Below the pieces are notes generated by a model, which saw nothing but the letters and a program-made list of their open reading frames with translations, was not told the origin of the DNA and searched no databases. Below, piece by piece: positions 25,684 to 40,152 of a DNA stretch of 64,000 nt. Source of the stretch: Octopus sinensis (lineage: Eukaryota); contig NC_042998.1 in the NCBI RefSeq assembly GCF_006345805.1, forward strand, positions 83,762,001 through 83,826,000, in the 5' to 3' direction. Positions within the stretch are counted from its first letter, which is position 1. Each line of letters opens with the position of its first letter. Made by a program: the position numbers and the translations under genes.

Positions 25684-26999
25684 TTATTTATCTATTTATC
25701 TGGGCCTGTTTTATGAGCCAATATGCGGGATGGGGTGCAAAGTTAAGGGTCGACCCGAGCGGCACCTCTAACTGACAATATGGGACAATGTGTAGAAAAG
25801 CTGATTTTTAGAATTTATGGGTGTGTACCATCAGACGGGCTTCCGCACAGTTATCATCTCTCTGATTACTCTCACTAAGATAGCTTCAATAAAAGCTATG
25901 GTTGAAAAAAAAAAGTAAAATTATTTCTTGTCCAATACGGAACGAAATTTCTTACCCCACCCTCACCACACACACACAAACATAGACACACATAAACATG
26001 TATTTCAGTAGGTGACAAGTTCAAAAGAAACTGATTTGGTGGTCTTAGAAGATTTCAAAGCAAAGATAAGGATTAAGAATGAATAAAATATTTAATCCAT
26101 AATCGCCAGACAAAATATGTCCTACTTCGTGTATGGCTCTTCGGGAACCATAAGTATAAGAGTAGAGCTATAGGCAAAGCACAATATATTTTGGCGGACT
26201 AATGATCATATTGTGTGTGTGTGTGTGTGTGTTGACATGTATGTATGCATCTGTGTATATATATACACACAAATACATACGTACATACATTTTTGCTCTC
26301 TTTTCTTACTTCCAAATTCCTTCCGTTCGTTCTTTCTTTTTCCTTATTTCCGCCCCCTGTTTTTGTGTTCTGTTTTTATCGCGCCATGTCCCCCACTCTT
26401 TCTCTCTCTTCCTGTTTCACGAAGTATCTCTCAATCTATCTGACTGTCAGTATTTTCACGGTCTTTCACCTGTCCTTGCTTCGTCTTCTCAATTTACCTA
26501 TCGCCCTGCCACCATATTTCTCCTAATCAATGTTCGTAATGAATAAGCAAGCATAAAAGGTCATACGTTGTTAGAAGGGTCAACAGATAATCAGGGATAT
26601 TGACATTTATGTATTTTCGCAAGACTTCCCCTAGCAACTTAATATCATTTAGTGATGTACTATTAATTCAGAAAAATACTTGAAACAAGTCTTGCATAGC
26701 TTGAACGGTCTTACATTGGAAAATAATAAAACGTATGCGAAGTGGATATAGGGTGTGAGGTCGACTCCCATATGCTACTAAAATCAGAAGGATTAAACTA
26801 AATATTGTAATGCAATAAACAGTTTGTTGTCATGATTCTCTTATGATTTTTACAATAGTGTATGGCATTTAAATGTGTTAAACATGAAAGGTAAGCAACG
26901 ATATTTCATATTAACGAATGGAGGTTTTCAAAGCGAGGACGATGTCTATCTTGATATATACATATATGTATATGTGTGTGTGTGTGTGGGATGTACATG

Positions 27000-27034
<35 letters not shown>

Positions 27035-27186
27035 CTGTGTGTGTGTGTATGCATATATACACACACATATATGTATATATACACAAACACACGTATGTTT
27101 CACACCTACGTGAGTTTCTCAAGCATACTTCCCGAACACTTAGCGAATTATTTCAGGACTCTTTGATGAACTAACATAAAAGAACA

Positions 27187-27227
<41 letters not shown>

Positions 27228-27717
27228 CACACACGCGCGCACGCACACGACCTCCACCCACATGCACACGCCTCCTCCCACCATCACACACACACATTCA
27301 TAAAATATAAAATAAACACCCTACGATAGTCCAAGTATTTCAATGCCAAAGGCTTTTTTCAAAGCCTTTTTAAAGAAATGTTTTGGTGTTGAAACATCTA
27401 CGCAATTATAAAACATTTACTTCTATAAAAAATACACTCTCTATTCTTCCTGTTATCGTGTTTCTTTGTTTTTAGTTACAGTCTTAAGCTTCGGATTTGA
27501 CCCACAAAAAGCTTAGATAAGAATCAAAAGATACAGAAAGTAATTAAACAGCAAAACAAGCGAGCAATTATTCTATCTTTCTATGAGTGTAAAACACTAA
27601 GTTCAAGACAAAACCGGCTCTATGGTATCATAGCTGCAATATTCATGACCATCGCAAAGTTAAATGTTTTTAATATTCCCAGTCTACCAAAGGCTAAATA
27701 CAGCTCTAATACGTTAA

Positions 27718-27918
27718 GGCTTTAGCATTTAAAATGGCTGTATCCAGCCCATATATTCTACCTATGTTATGTTCAAGCCGACCAGATTTGGTCTTTCATT
27801 CTAAAAATATACCATCACATTATCAAAATTTCGGAGTTATGAGATAATGTGTGATTAATTCAAGATAAAATAATAAAATAAGCATTATATTGGACAAAGT
27901 AATCTGAATGCTAAAAGA
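27718..27918. mobile_element. piggyBac-type MITE flanked by TTAA
   Basis: TTAA at 27714-27717 and 27919-27922. Degenerate TIRs ..tttagcatt / aatgctaaaa.. Confidence 0.6.
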
Positions 27919-28459
27919 TTAAAGTAATGCATGCTTTATGATGTGGCACCCCACAAAGCCAAAATAATACAAAGGCTGAATACGAATAGAAAATGGCTCT
28001 TGAACAAAAAATATATCAAAGAAAAAACGTAGACAATGCTTTATTGCACAGCATATAACAACTGGGTGCAGCACTTTGATTACATTATATATTACACATT
28101 ACATGATACAATATTCATTATACATTATTTATGATTGCCAGAAACTGAGTTGAGTTTAAATCATAATGACGTTTTTCGGAAATTAATTTTGCAACTCCTT
28201 ATTGCAGATGCAGTTATTAGCTGTCTTTCTGTGAAAATTATTGGTTATGCAGTCATCAGTTACTATTTAATAACGTGTAGGTGTTGTTGAGTGTGGTTAT
28301 GTTCCACTTGGGCCTTAGACTTGTTACCTAAGTGACATTTGCAATTCAGGTAAGGCATTGCTTTGATTATATTTGTAGTAGACACCAAAATCTAAATATA
28401 CTGTTTTATACTAATTCTCTTTTCAAGACAACCATCTAGACTAATAATATATATATTAA

Positions 28460-28690
28460 GGCGGCGAGCTAGCAGAAACGTTAGCACGCTGGGCGAAATG
28501 CGTAGCCGTATTTCGTCTGCCGCTACGTTCTGAGTTCAAATTCTGCCGAGGTCGACTTTGCCTTTCATCCTTTCGGGGTCGATAAATTAAGTACCACTTA
28601 CGCACTGGAGTCGATGTAATCGACTTAATCCGTTTGTGTGTCTTTGTTTGTTCTCTCTGTGTTTAGCCCCTTGTGAGTAGTAAAGAAAAT
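28460..28690 (+). mobile_element. SINE family A (long-tail variant), well preserved
   Basis: ggcggcgagctagcagaaacgttagcacgc...gagttcaaattctgccgaggtcgactttgcctttcatcctttcggggtcgataaattaagtacc. Near identical to 61499-61732. Confidence 0.92.
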
Positions 28691-28817
28691 ATATATATAT
28701 ATACTCGGTGTCGTGTCTAAATTTCAACAAAAGATATATTAACAAGAAACCTAAGGCATCAGAATGAGATTCTCACAAAAACTACATCATAAAGATACAG
28801 TACAGTACATACATACA

Positions 28818-28853
<36 letters not shown>

Positions 28854-29164
28854 TAATGTATATATATACCACACACACACCACATACACATATACAACGA
28901 CCTCGTACCCACAAGAGTAAACAGGAGAGACAGAGACAGACAGAAACAAGGAAAAGGCCCCTTGTATTTAATTAAATACTATGCAAATATTCTTTTTAAA
29001 AACTTTTCATTTAATTTTTCCAAAATTTAATTGTTATCTCAATGACTGAAACCGGTACTGAAATGTTTTTTACAGAATTATTTTACCATTTTCTACCTTG
29101 ACTTTTTTTCCATATAGAATTATATAGTATAATAATATACACTCACATGTATAATGTATGTGAT

Positions 29165-29300
29165 GGACGTTTTTCAGTTTTCGTCTTCCAAGGCTCTGGT
29201 CAACTCGGAGCTATATAGTAAAAGACACATGGCCAAGGAGCTACGTGGTGGGACAGAATCAGGAACTGTGTATCTGAGAAGCAAACTTTTTGCATAGTGC
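29165..29300 (-). mobile_element. SINE family B, degraded 5' half
   Basis: ttcagttttcgtcttcc..ggagctatatagtaaaagacac..ccaagg..cgtggtgggacagaa. Confidence 0.65.
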
Positions 29301-30349
29301 ATGAGCAGCAAGCAAGTAGTTAGTTGCTTCAAGAGGAGTCAATCCTGTATGACTGCCTCGATTTTTTTCAAAGACCTGATGTCGCTAATGTATGTGCATG
29401 CGTGTTTGCGTGTGTGTGTATTTCATACATACATAGATACATACATCCATGCACGCCCTTACACACTAACGTATACATATATTTTCATAGATTTATGCAA
29501 TATATATTTTGTGCGTTTTGTGTCAATTATCCGCACTGGGGAAAACGCACGATATCTAAGCTAAAACAAAGAAGTGAAATAAAGAACAAGATCAGGTGTA
29601 AGAGAAATTAGGAGGCCTGAAAGCAAACCTTGTTTGCAAGGAAGAAGAGCGGGATAGTACAGTGACAATACATACTTAGAAGGGAACGGTTTGGGTCAAA
29701 ATGTCTATTCTAATAGATAATAGCATAACATCTAATACTAATACATTATGTACAGAAAAACAGAGGGATGGAATACAGACAGTAGAAAGTAAAGAATTGC
29801 AATATATAAGCTGAGATGAAAAATGCAGACAAAATATGTAAGAATTATTTACCATATAATAAAAACCGTGTCAATGCCAACTACGCTATCTTTAAGATAG
29901 TGCGTTTGCGCTCGTAACATACACACATACATATGCAGGCAGTCTCACGCATACGAATATACTAAACACACATACATATACAGGCACGCGCACACAGACA
30001 CATGCACACGCACTCACACACACAACGTGAAACTGTGGGCGGTTCTTATCCATTGTATGCACACAGCGTCCCAGGTGTTTTGCCCACGGTCACATTCAGT
30101 GCTATCAATATAACAAAGTGACAACTTTACGAAAGCACCGTTCACTGTGGATCACGTTGCAAAGGATATCTCTCTCTCCCTCACTCTTTCTCTGTCTGTT
30201 TCTCCATCTCTCTCTTTCTCTCCCTATCTCTCTTTCTCTGTATGCATACATACATGTATATATGTACATATATTATTTACATCTTTCATATATAGTATAC
30301 AGGTCATTCTATGCTATTTCAAAATACACATAATATATATGCCCCATGT

Positions 30350-30368
30350 ATATATCAACACACACACG

Positions 30369-30412
<44 letters not shown>

Positions 30413-30740
30413 CGCATATATATATACATATACATATACATACATATACACATATATATATATGTATATATATACATATATATATATACATAAATATATA
30501 TACATATATATATGTATATATATATGCATATATATACATATATATACATATACATATATACATACACACACAGACACACACACATATACATATATATATA
30601 TGTATATATATATATATGCATATATATACATATATATATACATATACATATATACATACACACACAGACACACACACATATACATACATATATATATTTA
30701 TATACATATATATATATACACATATGAATGCACGTATACA
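30350..30740. repeat. (CATATA)-rich compound microsatellite with an internal ~95-bp duplication
   Basis: catacacacacagacacacacacata occurs at ~30560 and ~30655. Confidence 0.9.
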
Positions 30741-31501
30741 TCGATATCTACATAAGATATTTTATCATGGTTGATAGGCAGTCAGAGAGTTTTTACTTAT
30801 TTGCTTTCTGTAATATTAAACCTTAAAACACACATACAGACATACACTAACATACTAACCAATAAGCGCAGTAATGATGATGATGATGATAACGAACTCT
30901 CATTTTGCGGCAATTAACTCTGATTTCAATGATAATAACCATTAAAAGATCATTCTGGTGTCGCCTTGAATCTAGTCTCACATAAATTCCATGTTTAATG
31001 CAGTACGCTGAGATGAAACTGCGGGATATAGTTTTCTGCTAGATGAGTTTGAGAAAATCTTTTGACTGTCATTGGTCGTACTGTTGCTATTAGCCATAAC
31101 ACTGTGCTGGTTAATGGCGTTCAAATTTCTTTTATGTCTTGTGATTCTCATTAGCAAAGGATTTTTTTACTCCTATTTTAAGCTCTATAAAAATTAAGCA
31201 TAAAACAAACGATGACGTCACACGTACATGCACACCACACATGTACATCCATATATATAAAGGGAAGGTTCTTCAAAGGTTTCGACGATGATTGTTTAAT
31301 CAACTGAATTACCTGCTCCTGAATTAACACGTATGGCGTTAAGTATTCAACTGACACATACCTTTAACGTAATTCTCAGGCAGAATCAGCGGGCCGCAGC
31401 GTGTGACAAGACTATGCTCTTTTGAACTACAGATTATATTCTGTATCATATATTATATTATATTCTATATCATATATTATATCATATTATATTCTGTAAA
31501 G

Positions 31502-31712
31502 ACAGCGTGCTGGCAGGAACGTTAGCACGCCGGATGAAATGCTTAACAGTATTTTGTCTCTCTACGTTCTGAGTTCGAATTCCAGCGAGGTCAATTTCTC
31601 TCTTTCATCCTTTTGGAGTCGATAAATTAAGTACCAGTTGCGTACTGGGCTTGATCTAATCGACTGGCCCCCTTCCCCCAAATCCCTGACCTTATGCCTG
31701 AGTAGAAAAGGT
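31502..31712 (+). mobile_element. SINE family A
   Basis: Shared head and core. Confidence 0.82.
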
Positions 31713-31984
31713 ATATTATATTTTGTATCATATATCATCTTATACTATATCTTACAGAACATTGTGACGGGATTCTATACACTTTCCGTAAACCCAATTT
31801 TACTCATAATTTATGGGTCAATTTATAGTGTATTATTTACACAAGTAATTACAAGTCAAACGGTGGTGGTTGAAGCCGATTTTGGGGTCGAAGCAAAGAA
31901 ACAATGTTTCTGTTGGATTCTTGTCAATGCTGACCAAATTTCCACCGTTACGTGACCAAATTGTCATCATCATCATCATTATTA

Positions 31985-32041
<57 letters not shown>

Positions 32042-32069
32042 TACTATTATTATTATTACCATTATTATT

Positions 32070-32285
32070 ATGGCGATGAGCAGACAGAATCGTTAGCACG
32101 CCGAGCAAAATGCTTAGCGGCATTTCGTCCGCCTTTACCTTCTGAGTTCAAATTCTGCAGAGGTCGACTTTATCTTTCATCCTTTAGGGGTCGATAAAAG
32201 AAGTACCAGTTACGCACTGGGGCCGATGTATTCGACTTATCCCCTTACCCAAAATTTCAGGCCCTCTGCCTACAGTAGAAAGGAT
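32070..32285 (+). mobile_element. SINE family A within a (TAT)n tract
   Basis: Shared head and core. Confidence 0.85.
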
Positions 32286-32439
32286 TATTATTACTATTAT
32301 TATTATTGTGTTTTCAACAGCTTCAGATAAGTTTCTACTGTATAAACACTAGATGCACCTCCATGTTCCAGTTGTATGTGCAACATTGTATATTAGGAGG
32401 TAGACAGAAAATAGCTGCTGTGGATGGGATTCATTATGA

Positions 32440-32990
32440 AACAAAACATTTCCCGGCTAGATGAGAAAATGTTAGCCCTTTTAAACCGGAAATTTTAGAC
32501 TATCAAAGCAATTACTAAGATTTCACTGACGATCTTTTATCATTTCAGCCTTTTTTCTTTTTCTTTATTTTCTCTAAATCCTTTTGTCGCTGAGTGAATC
32601 TCTAAGCATTTCTTTTGGAATACCGAACTGTTATTTAATTGTCATCTAACTTTTGACTGTCTTTCTAGCAGCAGAAATCATCGAAAAAATAACACCTAAG
32701 TCTTGTACATGGCATACAAAGTCAATGCGGAAACGTTAGATTTTAGAACCGAAAAATTCAGACTAACAAAGCAATTACAAGCAGTCAGTTTTCAATGACA
32801 ATCACTTGTGACTTCAGCCATTCTCTTCTTTATTTTTCTCTAACCCTTTTCTCCACGAGTTACTCTCTAAGCATTTCTTTGGAATAGCGAACTATGATTC
32901 AATTAACATTCAACTTTTGAACTGTCTTTAAAAGAGCAGGGATAATCGAGAAATAGCATCAAAATCTTGTTGATGGTATAGAAAGTAGAT
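32440..32990. repeat. Diverged tandem dimer, period ~263 bp
   Basis: Anchors aaaccggaaattttagactatcaaagcaattac (32483) and gaaccgaaaaattcagactaacaaagcaattac (32746). ctctaagcatttctt.tggaata.cgaact occurs in both units. Confidence 0.8.
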
Positions 32991-33564
32991 ACAATGGAAC
33001 AGTGCAGGAAATAAAGAGTCTTGGATTCAATGCACATAACCACTTTCCCCTATTTTACTAGTTTCAGTCAACGAATTATGGCCATTCTAGGTCAGTGTCT
33101 GGTAGAGCTGAGTTGATTAAATCAGTACGCTTTCAAAATAAGAGATAGGGAATTGTGAATTGCAAGAAAGAAGACGGACAATTGCCATGGTCAGAAAAAT
33201 CAAGATGTGTTTAAACTTCAAACATGCCCAACACCATGGTAAGAAAATAAGAATTATATGGATGCAAACTCTATTTCGTCTTCTGATTAATAGAGGGTTG
33301 GCCAAATAATTTCATTAACAATTCTGTGGGGAGGTGAGGTGTTGGGACTTGTCAGTTTGATAGCTGTTGGATTAAATTAACCCAAATGCTTGGTTTTTTT
33401 TTATTGAACTCGAAAGGATAGGACACAACTAAATACAAAAGCAACTAAACTAAAAGAACATAGTTATACAAAAATAATTACCTTTATTCATAGCTCTAAC
33501 ATCGGCTTATCTTACGTTATGTTTACACAATAATAAACAACAACAACAATAATTTTTCTTTTAA

Positions 33565-33795
33565 TTTTTGGCACAAAGACAGCAATTTTTTAAGAGAGGG
33601 GGCAAATCGATTACATCGACTCCAGTGCTTGACTGATACTTTATTTTACCTCTCCCCCTCCCACCACCAGCGCCATCTCAAAGAATAAAAGGCGAAGTGG
33701 ACCTCGACGAAATTTGAACTCAGAACGTAATGAGTTGGAAGAAATACTGCAAAACGATTTGTCCAACGCCTTAACGGTTCTGCCAGCTCAACACC
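33565..33795 (-). mobile_element. SINE family A
   Basis: Reverse-complement core and head. Confidence 0.8.
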
Positions 33796-33879
33796 ATAAT
33801 AATGATGATAACAACAACAACAACAACAATAATAATAATAATAATAATAATAGGTCTTCTTCCTATTATTATCATTATT

Positions 33880-34075
33880 AAGGCAACGAAGTAGTATAGC
33901 ACCGGACAAAATGCTTAGCAACATTCCTCCCGGTTCTTTTTGTATTCTAAGTTCAAATCCCGCCGGGGTCAGTTTTGCCTTTCATCCTTTCGTGGTCGAT
34001 AAAATAAAGTACCAGTCAATTATTGTCGACTAACCAGTTCTCAAAATTCATGGCCTTATGCCTTCATTACAAATT
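33880..34075 (+). mobile_element. SINE family A
   Basis: Shared head and core; inverted relative to 33565-33795. Confidence 0.8.
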
Positions 34076-35459
34076 TTATCATTTTTTGTTGCTTTCTTCA
34101 GGGTTGTTTAAAATATTTAAAATAAATACCAGCTGTTGCCTGGGGTTGATTTAATCTAATTCCCTTACTGTCAAATTTATAGCCACATAAATGTATATAA
34201 CTGTCTATGTTTATATCAATCCACTCACCCAAACATACATATATATACATGCACATACATACAGATATATCTGTGTGTGTATATATATGTATATACATAC
34301 ATACATACACATACACATATATATATATACATACACACACACACATACACACACGCGCACACATATATATATATACATATACATATATATTATATATTAT
34401 ATATCAACCCACAAATATATATATGTACCAATGTGAAACTATATTATATATATCTTATATCAAACCTAAGTCAATATTTTCCCCACCGCGGCCCCTTCTT
34501 TCTTCAATTCTTAGATATTCGCTGCCTCCATCCCTTTATTGTCATCGTCATCATGAAGACCATTAAATGTATTTCCTTAGTAAGAAGGTTAATATTTGTT
34601 GAAGTGAAATATGCCAAAAAAATGCAATAGACCTAATTCAGTGTGTATAACTGTTATTCAATCTAATTGACACCTTAGGGGATAGAGGCGAAGTCGAAAC
34701 AGATACTGCCCACACACTATGCGCGTGAATGTGTGGATGTGTGTGTGTGTGTGTGTTTGGGTGTGCGTGTGCATTTGTGTTCGTGTAAGCGAAAGAGCAC
34801 ATATATAATGTTGGTGTTCTCGATGTATGTAACGCGTTTTGCAGAAATAGTGGCTACATGTTTTACATGTGCATCAGTGTGTGTGTGTGCGTACGCACGT
34901 GTGGGCGTATTAGTATGTGTGTATGAGTCTGTGCATAGCACATTCAGTTTGTTCAATTATATCTTCTGCTTATTCACTGCATATAGTTCCTCGTAATCAC
35001 TATTTTTCTTACATAGGCGCCACGTCAATAGCTATTCAGGAAACAGGTCTTATCGACAGCACCATAAAAAAATCTTTGGTTTTCTTGATAATAAAATATG
35101 GAAAGTAATGTCAACTCAGACTTTATATTCGCTACATAATGGAATAATGGTAAAAATGAGTAGTAATCCTGCGATGGACCGGTATCCCATCCAGGTAGGA
35201 ATATTTACGCCACAGAAACCTGGAAACCGGCTCTATGCTCCCTTCGGATTAATGTAGAGTAATCAACCATAACCACACAAAGGAACAATGTTAACTAGAA
35301 TGGTGATTTTACTACCGCTTCTTCCGAGCGAAATCTTTGCTAAGCTTTATCATTGGTAATGGATCATAGGTGATAGAGAAATGAAATTACTCGTGGATAC
35401 ATAACAAATCACCAGATCTGATTATTAAGCCTGAAATTAAAGTCCCTCTTAAAGCGGAT

Positions 35460-35665
35460 CTTATCCCGGTTTCCGAAGAGCTTAAGCGACCGACAGAATA
35501 TAAGAATCCGTCTAAAGAGGACTCCAATCCATTGTAGAGTTAACTCTCAGCTACTGCTCATTCTCATTTTCACTCAACTGAACTGAAGTAAGGTGAAATG
35601 AAGTGCCTTGCTCAAGGACACAACGCACCACCTGTTCCGAGAATCGAAAGAACGAAATGACGGTT
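35460..35665 (-). mobile_element. SINE family C variant, degraded
   Basis: gtgaaatgaagtgccttgctcaaggacacaacgc is the reverse complement of the C central domain. Confidence 0.7.
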
Positions 35666-35714
35666 TGACATCCCAAGCACTAAAATACACGCTCCTCACT
35701 GATTATTATTAATG

Positions 35715-35920
35715 AGCTTGTAGAATCATTAGAGAGTCGTGCAAAAATGCTTTACAAGATTTCTTCTGGGTCTTTACAAGGTGAGTTCAACTGCAGTCGA
35801 AGTCAGCATTGCTTTTTATTCGTTCGTGGTCGGTAAAATAAATACCAATTGAATACTGGAATCGATGCAGTCAACTTCCTCCTCTCCTCAAAATTCCTGC
35901 CCTTGTGCTAAAATTAGGAA
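35715..35920 (+). mobile_element. SINE family A, degraded
   Basis: Shared core. Confidence 0.7.
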
Positions 35921-36235
35921 GAACTTCTGTCCAACTCTACGCCGAGTCCATCGTGAGATTGCCCCGCCACCCACCGTTAACAAAGCAGGGTAGGCACAGT
36001 TCCTCTGTCTAGTGGTTATCGCAAGTGATGTTGTGTGGTTGTAGAGGCTAAGAGGATTGGGGTTAGACACTTTTCTCTTCGGTCAAGTCTCCATCGACTT
36101 TTTAAATCCCACTTGGAAGGAAAATGAGGAGGAAGAGGGAAATGCGTTCGAACAGTGAATTTGACAAAAGGTGGGTGACATGGCAAAAATTGTTAGCGGC
36201 AATAGATCTACTCTAAACACGTACCTGCTGACTGA
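35921..36235 (+). mobile_element. ORF2 C-terminal relic of a Tx1/L1-type LINE
   Basis: ..AQFLCLVVIASDVVWL*RLR.. and ..LFKSHLEGKMRRKRE...FDKRWV.. resemble Tx1-type ORF2 ends as I recall them. Confidence 0.45.
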
Positions 36236-36494
36236 AGAACATCAGATGAGCTATAGATTGTGCCCTTGGTGGTCAGAGGCATAGTAGATCTGTGAGGTTC
36301 CTTGAGTGGCTACAGTTAAATGTTCCACTGTATCAGGAGTATTGCATCATTCATGTGTTCACATACTGTGTATACAATGTACATTTTTATCTCACTTCAT
36401 TGTCTTTTTCATTCTCATTATCTTTCATATAAACCCCTAACATGGACTGTAATGCCCCCCTCATCTGATACACTTTTGGCAAATAACAGAAATC

Positions 36495-36665
<171 letters not shown>

Positions 36666-38861
36666 CATACAGTTTGCACTGCGGAATACTCTGTTGGACG
36701 TCGGCTGAAAGCCACCAATATTTCGGCACCTTTCTTCATGTGTGTGAGTGCGTGCGCGCGCGTGTGTGTCTGTGTGTGTGTATTTGCTAGGATCCAATTA
36801 TTAACATAGACGCTTACATTTATGATAATGAAAAGACACCCAGCATTTCCGATTTATTAAATGATGTACACACATATATACATATATATATCATTATCGT
36901 GATCATTTACAACACAGCTATATGATCAATAGAACTAAATTAATTACTGCTTATTATTTTTTTATTGCTATAGCATTCCTCGTCTATCATTAAGGCCGGT
37001 TGTTTGTGATGATCGTGATACAATATATTAGATTAAAATGGTAAGTTACAGCAAAGGTATGATTAGATTAGCGTGATATATTCTTCGTTCTTTACAATCA
37101 ATATCGATATTGATTCCCGTCTTTTACATATTTTTTTTATTTATTTTAATCTTTTTGAGAAGCGACAAAGCAAAATTTTGTGATAGTGAAATGCTCGCTA
37201 GCATATTCGCTATAATGTCAAAAGACTTTAATTAACGAAAAATCTATCCTTTTTGACAACAATAGTTAGTATTTAAATGATTACTTCAAGGGGAGACAAC
37301 CCCGAAATTGTAATTGATTAAAAGTAATTAAATATGGTATGCAATTGGAGGAGTGCCTAACATTTAGCAATGCGATGACAACTTCAAGCATGTTTTGTAC
37401 TTATTAAAACTCATTTACAAAACCTGGTTTGACTGTAACTTCAAGAGCTTAGAATGATAGGAATAATATAAGTTTTTGTGAATGAATACTGAGTGAGGCA
37501 ATAAATTCAAAGAATGATGAGGAAAGCAACCAAGAGACACCTTCGGCATACATAATACTAAAGTGGGTGTTAGAATATATGACGTAGTAAACCAAGAAAT
37601 TTAAGAGAATTATAATTACATTCTCAGTGATAAAAACGATCCAACTCAATAATTCTAGTCAAAAAGGCAGAAAAGACGACCACGATTTTTGTAACGTTTG
37701 GTAGAATAATCGATTACATTGACAGATTGATTGCTATTTGGTTTTTATTTTAATACCTGTAAAAGAAAGAAATGGTAAATAGTCGACTCCGGCAGTATTT
37801 AAATTCAGAACGCAACTAATTGTCGTTATAAGTGAATAACGCATGGACACCATCTGCATGAAAACAACAGTGAAGTTATCATATATTAATATATTAAACA
37901 TTAAACATTTTAGATAATTGTGTGCGGGAGAAACAAAAAATTCTGACATATTTTTTTTAATAATTTCGACAAGTACGGGAGACAACTTCGAGTATATTTC
38001 CTCTTATTAAGACCTTATCTGCAAAACGTGCAAACATATATTTCACCATACTTGCCGAAACAGTGAAAGGAGAATAACTAACTAAATTACAAGATTGCAT
38101 TTATCAGTTGACGTAAGAAAATAAATTTAGTTTAGAGAATAATTTACACAGTGACGCCAACTGCATGCAAAAGGGATAGTTAAGTTGGTGACTCACCATT
38201 TCGGCCAACCTACTTCTTCTCATTAAGGTCAGTTTTGTTTTCTTTTGTCTGCACACAAGAGAAATGCAGTTTGGGGGACTTCCATGTCCTTCCAACGGGC
38301 ATTAACGGCAAAAGTGAAGTAGTAGGTCATTAATAAATTTTAATTAATACTAACCCAAAGATTTCAATATAAAACATGTAGAACATACTGTGTCAAGCAA
38401 TTACAAAGTCTCTTTCTTTTCTTGTTTTCTTATAACAAAAGTAAAACACTGTTATATATATATATAACTCAGTTCCAGCATATTAAAATATATTCACAAA
38501 TTATATTAATAACATAGGATTAGCGATTAACATTCGCAAGAACTGTACAGCAGTGAGTAAGTATGAAACAAACTTCTTCCATTTCTTTGGAGAAGAACGC
38601 TAACCAGTATATACCTGCGTTAATCCACCGCAGGTATATATTCCCTGTTTTGTGATGCAGCACCGATGTTAGTTACCTAACCTAGAGCTCGGGAAATATT
38701 TGATACAGCTGCCTATCTTCTATGATGCATCTTTCCCGCGATAACATTAAGGATATGAAATAATATTATATGCAAGTATGCGTGTATGTGTGTATATATA
38801 CATTTACATACAGATATACATTATGTGTGTGTCAGTTTGTATTCAGCACGTTTCTGTCATG

Positions 38862-38922
<61 letters not shown>

Positions 38923-39176
38923 TGCTGGTAGGGACGCTATTTCGTTATGCAACCATAATATACTGCCGAGTATATTAAAGGCTTATAAGTTAATACTGTG
39001 TCCTAACTGTGTTAGCAGTGCGATTCAATCACTTTTTAAAGTTATCACTAAAGATTTTCTATAGAAATTAGAACCAGCACTAAATGTTATGACGTTTTGT
39101 ATACGAATACGTCGTAGCTTTCAGTACTGGCTCTAATTTCAATAGAAAATCTGTTGAGATAACTTTAAAAAGTGAT

Positions 39177-39219
<43 letters not shown>

Positions 39220-39947
39220 AAATGAAAGAAACGAGCTGATTTTATGCCAATGTTTTGATATTTTTAATCAAAATATTCTGCTAATATATTTATGTCTACA
39301 TTACAGTTGTCATAGTTTTAACATTTTTATTTCATATCTCTTATTTTTTTCTTATATCACAACTCGTGTAAACTATATATTTATTTTTTTAAACATCCCT
39401 CAAATATCCTTCATATCGTTTTTCCTTTCATGTAATTTTTAAGAGAGTTTTATGTTTAAATTTGAATTTTTTACTTTCTTTCTTTCTTGTGACTCAGTAA
39501 GATAGAACTGAAGGGGTTATTAAATCTTAAATTTTGTTTTGAAAGCAGATATATAATATCAACGTGAATGTTGTTACAAATGACAACCTACTTTTCTCCT
39601 TTATCACATTACTTATTTTCTGCTATAGTATAATACCTATAATAATATTTATTCACCTCTATTTTCAACACTTATTCATATCCAATCAGTTTGAAAGTCC
39701 ATTTTGAATCCTTTTGAATGCGTATTTCCGTGTATATTTATGTTTTGAGTCTGCCATTTTAAGTTGTTACGTGAAATATTGGTTTCAAATACTGCCTCAC
39801 TATTCTAACAATGAAAATGGCGACTGCCGGATCATTCAATCAAACAAAATCAGCCAAATTTTGCTCTTTATTTCTTTTTCATTTCCTTTTTTTTTCATTG
39901 TGATTTTTTTCTTTGTAGATATGAATAAATTAATACTGATTTCAAAT

Positions 39948-40152
39948 TTTGGTGCAAGGTTAGCAATTTCGGGGCAGGGGGTAAGTCGATTACATCGACC
40001 CCAGTGCTCGACTGGTACTTAATTTATCAACCACGAAAGGATGAAAGGCGAAGTCGACCTCGACGGAATTTGAACTCAGAACGTAAAGACAGACGAAATG
40101 CCACGAAGCATTTTGCCCGGCGTGTTAACGTTTCTACCAGATCACCGCCTTA
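39948..40152 (-). mobile_element. SINE family A
   Basis: Reverse-complement full head and core. Confidence 0.87.
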
